DNA of 64,000 bases from Pristiophorus japonicus (GCF_044704955.1 NC_091991.1:70990001-71054000), one strand, 5' to 3'. Positions 13,741-27,350 are shown, counted from the stretch's first letter. The notes: generated by a model from the sequence alone, not told the origin. A program made the numbers and translations.

Positions 13741-15553
13741 AAGAACATAAGAAACAGGAGCAAGAGTAGGCCATACGGCCCCTCGAGCCTGCTCCGCCAT
13801 TCAATAAGATCATGGCTGATCTGATCATGGCTGATCTGATCATGGACTCCCCGCTCCACTTCCCCGCCCACTCCCCATAACCCCTTATCGTTTAAGAAAC
13901 TGTCTATTTCTGTCTTAAATTTATTGAATGTCCCAGCTTCCACAGCTCTCTGTGGTAGCAAATTCCACAGATTTACAACCCTCAGAGAAGAAATTTCTCA
14001 TCTCAGTTTTAAATGGGCAGCCCCTTATTCTAAGATCATGCCCTCTAGATCTAGTCTCCCCCATCAGTGGAAACATCCTCTCCACATCTACCTTGTCAAG
14101 CCCCCTCATAATCTTACATGTTTCGATAAGATCACTCTCAATCTTCCGAATTCCAATGAGTAGAGGAAGTCAATCCCCTCATCTCCGGAATCAACCTAAT
14201 GAACCTTCTCTGAACTGCCTCCAAAGCAAGTTGTAACGGGATTTAAAATTTCAGCCCGGGAAGGCATGGGCCGCTGATGTCAGAGTCCTTTCAGCCCGGG
14301 AAGGCATCGGGCCGGTACGTTCGGAGTCTTTTCGGCCCAGGACAGCATTGTGCTGGTACGTTCGGAGTCTTTTCGGCCCGGGACAACATCGGGTTTTAAA
14401 TTTATAATGTTAATCGCTCTAATGGAGAAATCATTTACCCGGCAAAGCCCAATCCCCGAGGGACCCGGATAATCGAGAGTTGCCAATATATTATTTCGTA
14501 AATATGGAAACCAAAACTGTACGCAGTATTCCAGGTATGGCCTCTTTCTCCATTTAAATAATAACTTGCTCTTTGATTTTTTTTCTGCCAAAGTACATGA
14601 CCTCACACTTTCCAACATTATACTCCATCTGCCAAATTTTTGCCCCTCACTTAAGGTATCTTCTTCAAAACAGAAAACCAGTGATTAAGTTTGATTAGTA
14701 AATATGACAAAATAAGTCCATATATTTTGTTGTGTATACCATGCGAGTTATGTATGATGATTATTTGGTTATGATTACTTCATTCAGAAGGGAAGTTATT
14801 ATTTAAATGAAGAAAGATTGCAAAGTGCTGCAGTACAGCAGGATCTGGGAGTACTTGTGCATGAAACACAAAAGGATAGTATGCAGGTACAGCAAGTGAT
14901 CAGGAAGGCCAATGGTATCTTGGCCTTTATTGCAAAGGGGATGGAGTATAAAAGCAGGGAAGTCTTGCTACAGCTATACAGGATATTGGTGAGGCCACAC
15001 CTGGAATACTGCGTGCAGTTTTGGTTTACATATTTACGAAAGGATATATTTGCTTTGGAGGCAGTTCAGAGAAGGCTCATTAGGTTGATTCCGGAGATGA
15101 GGTGGTTGACCTATGAGAAAAGGTTGAGTAGGTTGAGCCTCTACTCATTGGAATTCAGAAGAATGAGAGGTGATCTTATCGAAATGTTTAAGATTATGAG
15201 GGGGCTTGACAAGGTGGATGCAGAGAGGATATTTCCACTGATGGGGGAGACTAGAACTAGAGGGCATGATCTTAGAATAAGGGGCCGGCCATTTAAAACT
15301 GAGATGAGGAGAAATTTCTTCTCTCAGAGGGTTGTAAATCTGTGGAATTCACTGCCTCAGAGAGCTGTGGAAGCAGGGTCATTGAATAAATTTAAGACCG
15401 AAATAGACAGTTTCTTAAACGATAAGGGGATAAGGAGTTATGGGGAGCGGGGAAGTGGAGCTGAATCCATGATTGGATCAACCATGATCGTATTAAATGA
15501 TAGAGCAGGCTCGAGGGGCCGTATGGCCTACTCCTGTTCCTATTTCTTATGTT
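13741..15553. mobile_element. CR1 fragments (minus 13741-14640 with an embedded MITE-like piece at about 14240-14480; plus 14796-15553) within the Gypsy 3' end
   Basis: ORF 14818-15555 is a CR1 ORF2 C-terminus; tails at both outer ends. Confidence 0.8.
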
Positions 15554-15897
15554 AGAAGTGTAATATAGAACGCCACCTAGTGGACTACTGTGGTAATGCA
15601 ACTGCTGCTACAAATAAAAGTCTCCTGATGCAGTGGAGCCATCTTGTGTTTGTGTGCTTTAGTGATGTCCGACGAATGTATCACACCACTTGCCAGAGAC
15701 GCCCACATCCAATGAATTTTTTTTCAAAAACACTAGGTTTGAACTTGCGGTCACTTAATGTTTTTAATAAGCGATAACCTGAACTATGATTGGGGGTCGT
15801 GGTATTGGGCCCAACTCGGGGGAATGTGGCAAAGACACAACTAACAGGACCGAGACACCGACCCATAAAATCTCGGGTATTTGCCGGCATCCAGCTC

Positions 15898-16012
15898 CCG
15901 CCGGGCGGCCCCGGGTACACACTCTGCCCGCCGGGCGGCCCCGGGTACACACTCTCCCCACCGGACGGCCCCGGGTACACACTCTCCCCGCCGGGCGGCC
16001 CCGGGTACACTG
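15898..16012. repeat. GC-rich 30-bp tandem repeat, about 3.7 copies
   Basis: Unit ccgggcggccccgggtacacactctccccg repeated directly. Confidence 0.95.
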
Positions 16013-16019
16013 ACCCCGG

Positions 16020-16205
16020 GCGGCTCCTACCTGCGGGCCCTCACGGTCTCTTCGCTGTCCGGGTCCGGTGAGAAAGACTCAAGCCCCGAGCCTCACCAAG
16101 CTGTTGTCAGCGACGCCATGGCAACCGCCACGTGACCAGCGTGCGCCAACCCCGCAAAGCTGAGCATGCGCAGTGCCATTCTCGGGTGCTGAGCCGCGCG
16201 CCTGC
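16020..16205 (-). promoter_or_regulatory. CpG-island promoter/first exon of a leftward gene, probably IQUB by synteny
   Basis: CpG-rich. X-box-like GACGCCATGGCAAC 16112-16125, E-box CACGTG 16129-16134, NRF1-like TGAGCATGCGCA 16161-16172. Minus-strand donors CAG|GTAGG (about 16030) and TTG|GTGAGG (about 16096). Confidence 0.6.
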
Positions 16206-16299
16206 TTTACACTGCAATCATTTACAGCATTTGCTTTGATGCAAGCTTGCAGCCAGTATCAATCACTCTGGTGCAATTTTCGGAGATGCCTCTCATAAA

Positions 16300-16960
16300 A
16301 TTCAACTTTTCCCCATAACTCTACAATTTAGTCTATTTAAAGTACATGTCCAATTGTCTTTTAAAAGTTTCTATGGAATTTGATTCCATTACCTTTTCAG
16401 GTAGTGCGTGCCAGATATTAGCAACCCTTCCTGTAAAGATATAGCTAATTTCCTCTACTTTTGCCAATTATGTTCAATCTATGCTTTCTGGTTGCCAGAG
16501 AAAATAGTTTCTCTCCACTTGCTCTATAAAAAACCTCTCAATTTTGAACACCTCTATCAAATCTCCTCTTAACCTTCTCTGCTCTCAGAACAATCCTAGC
16601 TCCTCCAATCTCCTCACACAACTAAACTCCCCCATTCCTGGTGGTATCCTCGTAAACCATACCCCCCTCCAGAGCCTTGGCATTTTTCCTAAACTGATGC
16701 CCAGAATTATACACATTCCAGCAGAGGCCTAACCAGAGATTTGTAAAGATTTAGCACAACTTCATTATTTTTGCATTCAATACCCCTCTTTACAAAACAA
16801 AGTATCCATACACTTTCTTAACTGCCTTATCAACTTGCCTTGCCACCTTCAAAGATTTGTGAATGTGTACCCCCAGCTCCCTCTGTTCTTGCACTACCCT
16901 AAAAATAGTACCACTTATATATTGCCTCTCCATGTTGTTTCTTCCAACCTCGTTATTTTT
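16300..16960 (-). mobile_element. Old decayed CR1 fragment
   Basis: QRELGVHIHKSLKV..VDKAVKK motif in ORF 16790-17002. Confidence 0.7.
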
Positions 16961-17621
16961 CTCCAAACCCCTTTTCCTAAATATAACACCAGTAAGCAAC
17001 ACATCTTATAAGTGAAAAGCAAAATGCAGCAGATGCTGGAAATCTGAAATAGAAAAGGTTGAAAACAAATAACAGGTCATTTAGCATCTTTAGCAGTCTT
17101 TATTTTAACAGAAATTTGTTTATCTAATTTATTTCCTCCACATAGTGTTGGAGTCACCAAAAGAAAACTGCAAAACCTGCAACCCTAAAAACAATTTCAG
17201 ACTTTTTTTTTGAGGGATACATGCAATGAAGAAATCTCGTCCACTTCTATCCTAGTGAGAAGCAATTTGCCAGCCTTGTAAAGTTTGATTAATTAATTTT
17301 TTTAGCTTTTTCAACTCATTGAAAAAAACATATAGCATCAGAACTCTGGGCAAATGCCCATTCTCTTACGATGCATTTTGAATGAAAAAGCTTATTATTT
17401 ATAGCACCACAATCTCCTTGGGACATTCCAAAATGTTTTACAACCAATGAATTACTTTTGAAGAGCAGTATCTTATATAAGCAAGTATGGCTGCAAATCT
17501 GGACATAGCAAGGTCCCACAAAGATTCAACCAAGCAATTTCACAGCAGATTGCACTAGAGCAATGTAAGCAAAACCTCCAGGAGCACTGGTTTCATAATC
17601 AGCGTGAGCATAGTCTTCTCT

Positions 17622-17845
17622 CTTGCCACTGGATCAAGACCCAGCTCTGTCAAGCCCATGTGGTGGCTGGTGTGCAACGGCCACCCCACGTTAAAAGAAT
17701 CCATGCACAGGCATCTTCCACCCTTCGGTATGTAGTTCGGGACCTCGAATGTCAGGTCCCTCATTGAAACATCTGTGAACTTATCTATTTTTGGTGTGGA
17801 AGCGGGTCATCCTCGATACGAGGGTCTGCCTAATACTAATACTAT
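17622..17845 (+). mobile_element. SINE-like repeat, same family as 3135-3455
   Basis: Shared core and 3' end gtcatcctcg..gaggg.ctgccta plus an (ACTAAT)n tail. Confidence 0.7.
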
Positions 17846-18714
17846 ACTAGTCTTTTCCAGTTCCAGTTCAAAAGTGCAGTGTAAGGATCCGTCTAAAACT
17901 GAGAGTGTCCCAAGAGACAGCGAGGGGCCAAATCCAGTCCAAGATCTTCCATCACAAAGCCCAGTTGGGTCCTTTCTTTTCTGCATGCTCACGCACATAA
18001 CCTTCTGCAGCCAGCTTCTCAGAGGACTGAAAATAAGTGTGATCTAAATCCACCTGCATCGTTTCCACTCATGAATGATAATTTGAACCAAAGTAATGAG
18101 TAGTTAAATCATACAGAGCAGGAAATTCCCAGGTTTGATCCCTCTTCCGTACAGAGTCAAATGGCCTCAGGCAAGTTAGTGTTAGGACTGCTACAGTTGG
18201 ACTCGAGCCATGGGGGTGGGGAAACTGGGCAGAACTAGAGAGGGAGTACCCCTTCTGGATCCACAGCAATACAGCCCCCTTCCTGTTTGCCTCCCCCACT
18301 GTCCCAGGCTGTACATGCAGGCCAGATTGGCGTCCAAACTGGATGATTTTGGGAGGCCCAGAATGGCGAACTGCATTGGGAAGCCCAACTGGCACCCGTA
18401 GCTTGCCATTGTGAAAATGCAGCTCAATTTAGACCGAGCATTGGGCCTCCACCTTTAATACGTCGCAAATTTCGGGCCAGCTCAGAGATAACCCAATTTC
18501 TGCCCCGGCATCAGGGAGAGGAAAAGGAGAACAGCCAGGATTCCCGCTTCTGTACATTATTTAGCAAACCTTCCTTTAAGTGCACCTGGATTTTGAGTGA
18601 GGGCAGAATTGGGTTTGTCTGCAATTTCTTTCATGGTTAACGATAGCAGACACTCATTGTCGAGGCTCATTCACAAATGAATGATTAATTAGGCAAAATA
18701 CCAGAGGGCAATAT

Positions 18715-21120
18715 TTTAAAAGAATCTAGGGAACAGATAGCAGAGGCTATACTACACATATTTCAAAATTTGTTAGAAATAGGTATAGTACCAGAGGACA
18801 AGCACACAGTCAGCGTAATACCTATATTTAAGAAGGGGATAGAACATGTCTAGGGAATTATAGAGCAGTCAGCTTAACATTGGTGGAAGGAAAAATAATG
18901 CAATCTCAACTAAAATGAGAAAATAGAACTAGAAATAAAAAATTATAATAATGAATACTCAGCATGGATTTCAAAAGGACTATGTTGCTTGACCAACCTT
19001 ATTGAATTTTTGGAAGAGGTAACAAAGAGAGTAGACAATGTAAATGCGGTAGATGTAATGTATCTAGATTTTCAAAAGATCTTTGATAAAGATATCCCAT
19101 ATTAGAGTGATGCACAAGGTCAGAGAATGCGGTGTTAGGAGACAGGTAGCAGAATGGATAGCTAGCTGGCTTCAAGACAAAAAGCAGAGTGTGGATAGTG
19201 GTGCTCCACAAGGATCAGAGCTGGGACCACTGTTGTTCACAATTTATATTAATGATTTAGACTTAAGAATCAAAAACACAATTTCTAAATTTGCAGATGA
19301 TACTAAATTGGGAGGGGGGAGTGTCAATACTGAGGAAGACTGCAACAAATTACAGGAGGACAATAAGCTTGCAGAATGGGCATATAATTGGCAAATTAAA
19401 TTCAATACAGATGTGATGTACAGGTGCATCGAAAATCTGGAGTTCCGGAATCCGGACGGATCAGTATCAGGGTTGTCCGGAAGCCATACAATGTTCTGGA
19501 ATTCGGACCCGCCGACCTCAGGGGCCCTCCGCTGCCTGACCTTAGGCCTCGCCATGGCTGCCCTTACCTTACAGCCTTGGCCAAACAGCTCCTCCGCGGC
19601 GGGGCCCCACCCGAACAGCTCCTCGGCGGGGGACTCCACCCCAACATTCCGAAATCCAGAAATACCCGAACCTGGGCTCAGGTGTTTATGGATTTGTGAT
19701 GTCAGAAAGACGATCGAAAGTCCGGAAACGCCCAGAATCCAGAACAGTCTCGGTCCCAAGTGTTCCAGATTCTCGACGCTGCACCTGTATTACATTTGGT
19801 AGGAAGAATAGGGAAGTTACTTATTACTTGGAGGGTGTGAGTCGAGGTGAGGTAGAGGAATAAAGGGTTCTTGGAGTACAAATATACACATCATTAAAAA
19901 TTGTGACAGATTAGCAAGGCCGTAAAAAAAGCAAACCAAGCACTACGGTTTATTTCTAGAGGTATAGAATTGAAAAGTAGGAAAATATGCAAAACCTGTA
20001 TCGAACCTTGATTAGACCACACTTAAGAGTACTGTGTACAGTTCTGGTTGCCATATTATAAAAAAGATAGAGGCACTGGGGAGGTGCAGAGAAGATTTAC
20101 AATGATGATACCAAAAATGCGAGGGTATACATATCAGAAAAGGTTGAATAGACTGGGTTCCTTTTCTTATGGAGAGAGAAGGCTGAGAGGTAACCCAATA
20201 GCAGTCTTTACAATTATGAAAGATTTTGATAGAAACATAGAAAATAGGTGCAGGAGCAGGCCATTCGAGCCTGCACCACCATTCAATATGATCATGACTG
20301 ATCATGCAACTTCAGCACACCACTCCTGCCTTCTCTCCACACCCTCTGATCCTTTAGCCGTAAGGGCCACATCTAACTCCCTTTTGAATATATCCAACGA
20401 ACTGGACTCAATAACTTTCTGTGTTAGAGAATTCCAGAGGTTCACAATTCTCTGGGTGAAAAAGTTTCTCCTCATCTCGGTCCTATATGGCTTACCCCTT
20501 ATCCTTAGACTGTGACCCCTGGTTCTGGACTTCCCCAACATCAGGAACATTCTTCCTGCATCTAACCTGTCCAATCCTGTCAGAATTTTATATGCATCTG
20601 AGATCCCCTCTCATTCTTCTAAATTCCAGTGAATATAAGCCTAGTCGATCCAGTCTTTCTTCATATGTCAGTCCTGCCATCCCAGGAATCAGTCTGGTGA
20701 ACCTTCGCTGCACTCCCTCAATAGCAAGAATGTCCTTCCTCAAAACTGCACACAATACTCAAGGTGTGTTCTCAGCAAGGCCCTGTACAGTGGATACAGA
20801 GATAACATTTCCATTTGTAGGGAAGAGCATAACTAGAAGTATTAATAAGATAGTCACCAAGAAATTCAATAGGAAATTCAAAAGAAAATTCTTTACCCAA
20901 ACAGTGGTGAGAATATGGAACTTGCTACTGCAGGCAGTAGCTGAATCGAATAGTATAGATCCATTTAAGGGGAGGCTAGACAAGCATATGAGAGAGAAGC
21001 GAATAGAGGGTTATGCTGATAGATTTAGATGAGGAAAGACAGACGGAGGCTCGAGTGGAGAATGAACGTCGGCATGGACTGGTTGGGCTGAATGGCCTGT
21101 TTGTGTCGTATATCCTATTT
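18715..21120. mobile_element. Old plus-strand CR1 interrupted by a MITE (19421-19787) and a minus-strand family A CR1 3' piece (20232-20790)
   Basis: GAPQGSELGP and FADDTKLG motifs; host sequence resumes after each insert. Confidence 0.8.
19421..19787. mobile_element. Tc1/mariner-type MITE
   Basis: TA|CAGGTGCA...TGCACCTG|TA TIRs with TA duplication. Confidence 0.82.
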
Positions 21121-21394
21121 ACTAATATCCATATCTCAGCAAGAGGTCAATGCCTTCATGTGAGGAGAAGAGAGAGTAAGGGGAGCAAACAGGCAGAATG
21201 AAGGAAATGCTCCTTTCCCAGCAAAGATGATTATTCTGTTATGTAAAACAGGAATAAAATGGTGTATTTATATTTCACATCAAGTAATGTGGATTTCAAC
21301 ATTAAAAACAATGCAAAGAATGTTTCAGAGAGTCATTTTAATAACATCTATACAGCTTGGAATTGACAAAACAGACAGTATGGTTTGCCATAGT

Positions 21395-21496
21395 TTAAAT
21401 TGGCCATTTCCATTGGTTGTGAGGGGCTTCTTCTATTAACGGCTCCCATGGTTTCCACTTGACCATTTTATATGCCAGAGAAAGTTCATTCTCAGC
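21395..21496 (-). CDS. NDUFA5: NDUFA5 exon 5 ([33 protein letters not shown])
   Basis: AG acceptor, TAA stop and the conserved QWKWPI C-terminus of this complex I subunit; candidate ATTAAA at 21337-21342. Confidence 0.97.
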   Translation of the reverse strand, partial: AENELSLAYKMVKWKPWEPLIEEAPHNQWKWPI

Positions 21497-24026
21497 CTGT
21501 AATTCAAATATAAAATCAGTATCCAGGGGCATTTTAATATCATTTTCTAACAACATTTAAAATATTTCAATTGATTTTTGCTTATCAACTCCCACCAAAA
21601 GAATTAAAACTAACCGTGCCCAATCACTACTTTCTGAAAATTCTAACTCTAGACAGTCAGCGACTGTGATTGAATTATTTGCTGTCGCCCTCAGGGACAG
21701 TTCACAACACCAACTTTAGTCATTGCACTAAATCAGATCTGAAAAATAAAGAATCAACTTTTCTTAAGGATCTCCTCAGAAAAGATTTGCAAATGACCTG
21801 CTCCAGCCTAGCAGTTTTCAACTGTTGTTTCGCTAAGATACAGAGAGAACTCAATGGAGTCTCAAGAAGAAGCATCACTAGGTTTAACAAGGTTGCTTTC
21901 CAATTTGTCTTTGCTCCTCTAATATCCCGTCACCAATAATCAACATATCCATATGCAGAGATTTAAAAAGTTTTTCAAATAGTTACAAACTATCAGCAAA
22001 TGAGTATTCTGTATTCTTGGCTGCCACATTACAGTGCAATGGTCTTTTTGGTTGTTGCGTGGGAGAGAATTTGCATGCCATATATGGACTAAGAATTTCC
22101 CTTTAATGAACTACATGTATTAATGAATAAACCTGAAGTAATGACACCAATCAACATTGAACATTTGGCCACCACTGGCAACACCACCCACAACTGAAAT
22201 AGTATTTTGTTTTTTAATTGCGCAAGGGAAGCAATTTGACCGTTGCGATCTGCACTATCCTCAGCTAGCAGTTATCAACTGCTTGAACCTCATCTGAATA
22301 TCTCAAATAGACAGCCTCATCATCATTCCTTGTCATAACTCTTAATCTGCAAACTTGACAATCAGCTATACAGGAACAAATGGCCAAATCAGGAGCAGTT
22401 CATGTTACTGTGCATAGCACCACGAACATTCAAAGCCTTTAATTATTTTTTGCACCATGATTTATATGCCCCTTCAAATCTTGTTTGATTACACTCTGAT
22501 GAAGCACCTTGGGATGTTTTACTATGTTAAAGGAGCTATATAAATGCAAGTTGTTGTTGTTGCCACTAATGAGTTTAATAAATTGTTATAGTTTGCAGAA
22601 ATCCAAATAAAATCATGGGGTTTTCATGGTTTGTGCTTAATTTGCATTTTTCCTGCAATTCCTCTCAATTATGCATTTTCAAGACATAAATGAGGTACCA
22701 TCAAAATACAATGAGGTATTAATTCATCAGAATGAGAAGTGCAAAAATATAAATCAGTTCAGGCTTCAAATGCTGTAACTCCAAGAAGCTTTTAACTTTG
22801 AAGAGATTCTAAAATATGGGAATACAGCTCTGAACTCAAGATAGCAGGGCACAATTGAAATTCGGACAGTTCCTAGGTGTTCACTTGTATTATATATATT
22901 TAATATAAGGTTTGTTATTCTTTCAGTAAATTAATTCACACTATTTATCTATAAGTTTCTAAACTGTTCAATTTTCCTGCTTTCTCTATTTCTCTAGGCT
23001 ACACTGTAGTTTATTCTTTTAGCTCTTCACGACAATTCAAAGACTGGGGTATTGATTCAGTGCCAATCTGTGCTCTCCTTGAATGCACATACAGAGTGGC
23101 AATGGCAGGTGATTCTTCTCCTTTAATTTCCCCCTCCCATTGGATACAATCAAGTTTACCACATGTTAAATTGCACGTGTTAATAATCTGCACCCCACCA
23201 CTCGGTGATATCCCCCAACAATTGGGCCAGTTAACAACAATTTGTTCCACTTTAGAAACGTGGTATTAAAATATATGTTTTCAAAATATTCTGACTGGAT
23301 GGAACTTTGTAAATAAATACATCACTCCTAACTCAAAAACTAAGCTACTGTGATTTATGACAAGTACTCAAAAGTAAAGAAGCTCCAGTTTTTAGGATTA
23401 TTTCCTTTCCTCTTCTGCCAAAAGTGCCGCTTCATGCTGGGCTACAATTTCACAGGTATTCACAATCCTTCAGTACTGCACCTAAATTATCATGGTTTAT
23501 GTATGAACCTCAATAGTGGGTGTAGACCAGTGATTCAACCGTGCATCATGGCCAAGCTCAAACCCATTCTCACCTAAAATCTACACATAGGATATCTAGT
23601 AAGGGCACTGAATAGCGATTAGGCAATACTGGCTGCCCCTCCCTAACCCAAGCTAGCTGAGGCCAATTGTAATGTTATCCCTGCCTAGGTCAGCTGGCTG
23701 AGCACTGATAAAAGGTTGCACCCGAGATCTTCGCTGTGCCTTCAATTACAGTTATAAGCTGGGTAGGATGCCAGCAATGTGACAGAATGTGTAGTTATGT
23801 AACTCAAACAGAAAAAAATGCTTCACATATAGAATTGGGGCCAAATGTATGCAAAAAAGACAACACAAAACACAATGATATTGGGTTCTCTCCATTTCGA
23901 TAGGAAAGTCCTTCTAATTAACACGATAGTTCCTTCTGCTGCTGAATGAATATGCAATGAATGTCTGCAATAAATACAGTGTATGGATTTTCACGTGGAG
24001 CCTTAAATTCTCCAGCAGTGACTTAC

Positions 24027-24092
24027 CTGTGAAATGACTTCCTCTATCTGTCCACAGTTGATTTTGTCTTCTAGCTTTTGAACATCATGCTC
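24027..24092 (-). CDS. NDUFA5: NDUFA5 exon 4 (EHDVQKLEDKINCGQIEEVISQ)
   Basis: 66 nt with cag/gtaagt boundaries; matches human [22 protein letters not shown]. Confidence 0.97.
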
Positions 24093-24767
24093 CTGCAATA
24101 TACAATACAGAAGAGGTGACTTGAAAAGCCACTTGTGTACAGGGTCTCACTGCCCGTGAACTTAACACTATCCATCTCATACGAATCATCTTTTTAGATT
24201 TTGACACACCAATAAAATATTCACAGAAGGAATCAAATCAGACTGCTGGGAGCAAAACAACCAAACCTGTAGCTGCCACACATCGTAAAACATGACAAAC
24301 ATGGTAGAGAAATTCAGGGTGGCTCAGCAAATCTTCCACAATTTAAAAGGTAAAGTAAAATATATTTTCAGTAAAATGATTACAATTGTTTTTATGGAAG
24401 CTACAATTATGAACAGTATTCCATAAATACTTTTACCTACAGCTTTAGGTATCACTTTATTAACCTTGATCTCTGCAATTGTCTGTAAGACATGCAGTAT
24501 TCAAATGTTTTGTCCCAATAAACATTGAAAAGATGCCCTTTCTTTGTTGTGCAACTTTCATAACCCTCATTTCTTTTAGTGCCATGAGGATAATTGATGC
24601 ATCACATTTACTTAAAATCAATCTTACAAAGTTTAAGTCTTTCAAAAGGAAGCCAGCTAGAGGCCTTGAAATAAGGAAAATACTCAAATGAAACATAACA
24701 GATCAACCTAAGAAAACAATACGTCATCCACTAAAAACATGCAGTCATCTAAATCAAGCTAGCTTAC

Positions 24768-24884
24768 CGATTTCATCAAGTCAAACCTTTCATTGATGAT
24801 CTGCTCGGTGTACTTCCTATAGGCTGCATCCTGAGGGATGGACTGCAGGACAGTGAGGATTCTGGAGTACAGAATTCTCAACTT
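24768..24884 (-). CDS. NDUFA5: NDUFA5 exon 3 (KLRILYSRILTVLQSIPQDAAYRKYTEQIINERFDLMKS)
   Basis: 117 nt, canonical splice sites, AAYRKYTEQI motif. Confidence 0.97.
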
Positions 24885-26514
24885 CTGAAAGGAAACAATA
24901 CAAAAAACCTTAAAAGAATGAACTCTTTTGTGGCTTGTTTCTCTTCTTCTAATCTCTCCATATTTTCTCTGGCAGGCAGGACAGGCTGTAAGCTTGCAGC
25001 CAGGTCCCTGCCAATCTTGTTAGATAGCTGTCTGCAAGAAGCTACAAAAGGCAGCATAATTCATTGGCCTTCAGTTTTGCCAAGCAACATTCATTTTCTA
25101 CCTGGTGCCTCCCAATGGCTCTATCAGATTGTAAATTGGGAATTTATACTTTGAGGTGATGTAATTAAGCTTTAAACTGATGATAGGAATAGACTCTGTT
25201 TAGGTGAATAGTTAGATAGGAATGGGAAAACTAGTACTGTAGTACAAGAATAAAATATGTAAACAGAGTCAGGTTAGATGCCAAGTAGTATTTATTGTCA
25301 CAGTCATTAATTACTAAAACATGTGGCAAGTGTGTACTCACTGCAGTCCTTCAAAAGGGAGCTGGCAAGTTCCCGACAGTTGAGGAGATCTCTAGTTATA
25401 GAAGGTAGATGGAGAAGTAGCTGTAATTACTGATAACAGCTTGCTTGCGTTCGGGAGTAGCAGAGTTTTTTTTAATAAATAAACTGGCCTACAGTCTCTT
25501 CACCTTTCCTAGGAGAGTGTGAAGATTTGTGCTCACAAATCTGCATCTTACCATTCTGACATTGCACAATGCAGCTCATTGCACTGCACCGCCTCACAAC
25601 TTCAACCTTCTTCTTAAAGCCTTGATGAGGTTTAGAGTTGCCTTGAATTAAATCCCAACCATTGTATTTATTTAAAATTACATTGCAGTTTTACAATTTG
25701 TTATCTTCAATCTCCAGAAAATCCTCTGTACACACATTTTCCTAACAAAGATGTCGATTCCTAGATTTCTAACAACATTTGCTGGTGCAAAGAGCAGGCT
25801 CATTCCCTAACCCATTTTTTCTTCGCCAAAAATCAGAAATTGCCAGGTGAAACCAACATGAAAACACTCCTTGATTCAGCAGCCAGGCCAGTAATATATT
25901 ACACCGAAGTATTAGAAGAAATACATTCCAGAGACTTAACAGAAAATCCTTTTCTTCATTTTACATAACTCGTGTACCACAGACATCCAGTGCATACACT
26001 AGCTTTTGAATATCATGCAAATATCATAATTCAGCCTTTAATTGGAAAGCATGCCATCAGTTGTTCAATAACACAGCTTGAAGAAAATGAATGCTGAATT
26101 CTGCTCCAACATATATGCAATCTCATAATTCTTCCATGGATTGTCTCCTATGGTGCAGATAAATTAAAGTAGGCAGTGAATGAGTGCTTCTTGAAAGCCT
26201 CACTGTTAATTCACTACAAGTCTTTCCACCCAGATTAGTTCTCTTCCCCCAGGATTATTCTCCTCAGTCAGAATGATAATTTTCAATACAACAGATAGTT
26301 TTCTCTCTCCCTCCTTGGTCAAGACTGGTGTGTTTTTCAAAAAGAAGCTGATGTTTGAATTCCAACTATATTGGTCATTTTAACATGGGCATCAAAGTAA
26401 GGAATTCAACAATGACAAGAACAGTACCAGATCACATCCTAGTAAGTCATATTTTACAACTCATGGAATTGTCCATGTTACAGAACTCAAAACAAAAAAT
26501 TACAAAAACTATAC

Positions 26515-26559
26515 CTCATGAGGATGCTGGGCCACAGCAAGACCCACCAACCCAGTGGT
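26515..26559 (-). CDS. NDUFA5: NDUFA5 exon 2 (TTGLVGLAVAQHPHE)
   Basis: 45 nt, cag/gta boundaries, TTGLVGLAV motif. Confidence 0.97.
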
Positions 26560-26885
26560 CTGCAGGAAAGAAAACAAATAAGATTAGTATACATTACAAA
26601 TTTCCTCAAGGGTAGCGCTCTTCCCCATATCTCTCGGTCTCATTCCTCCTGCATCTTTATCTCTCTCCCCCCCACCCCCCCATACTCATCTCCCCTCTCT
26701 CTCTCGCTCTCTTCCCTCAATTGTTTTTTCTGTATCTCTAACTCACCCCCATATCCATCTCTCCCCTCTCGTTTTTTTCCTTGTTATCTCTAGATTTCCC
26801 TCAATTTGTCCTTTGTATCTCACTCTTTTCCCTATGTATCCCTTCTGTTTTCCCCATGTATCTCTCTTTTCCCTATATATTCTAG

Positions 26886-27350
26886 TGTCAGTTGTGGCTC
26901 AGTGGGTAGCATTCTCACCTGAGTCAGAAGGTTGTACATTCAAGTCCCACTCCAGGGACTTGAGCACAAAAAAAAAATCTAGGCCAACAGTGCAGTGCTG
27001 AGGAAGCATTGCACTGTTGGAGTGCCGTCTTTCAGATGAGACATTAAACCAAGGCCCAGTCTGCTCTCTCAAGTGGACATAAAATATCCCATGGCACTAT
27101 TTCAAAGAAGAGCAGGGGAGTTCGCACCGATGTCCTGGCCAATATCTATCGCTCAATCAACATAGCAAAAAAACAGATTATCTGGTCATTATCACATTGC
27201 TGTTTGTGAGAGTTTGCTTGTGCGCCGTTTTAGCTGCAGCATTTCCTACATTACAACAGTCACTACATTCCAAAAGTACTTTACTGGCTGTAAAGCGCTT
27301 TGAGACATCCAGTGGTTGTGAAAGCCGCTATATAAATCAGTTTTTCTTAT
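26886..27350 (+). mobile_element. tRNA-derived SINE (Deu-domain/SacSINE-like)
   Basis: A-box-like TGGCTCAGTGG, B-box-like TTCAAGTCC, central tgccgtctttcagatgagac..taaacc domain; a reverse partial copy lies at 31375-31672. Confidence 0.75.

Larger units (their letters stand above)
5278..15685 (+). mobile_element. Fragmented Ty3/Gypsy LTR retrotransposon hosting many later insertions
   Basis: Short LTR at 15559-15685 (TG..CA) matches pieces at 5278-5379, 5989-6009 and about 8916-8938. PBS-like at 8940-8958. gag about 9100-9515; RT (LPFGVSS, YLDD) 9535-9815; RT/RH 10415-10970; IN 10974-11570 and 12970-13400. Purine tract at about 14785-14795. Confidence 0.8.

Noticed and set aside
15681-16135. 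Pro/Gly-rich repetitive ORFs
   Set aside because: Translation of a 30-bp GC-rich tandem repeat; open in several frames on both strands.
19083-19802. 239-aa RT fusion ORF
   Set aside because: Chance read-through from a decayed CR1 RT into an inserted MITE.
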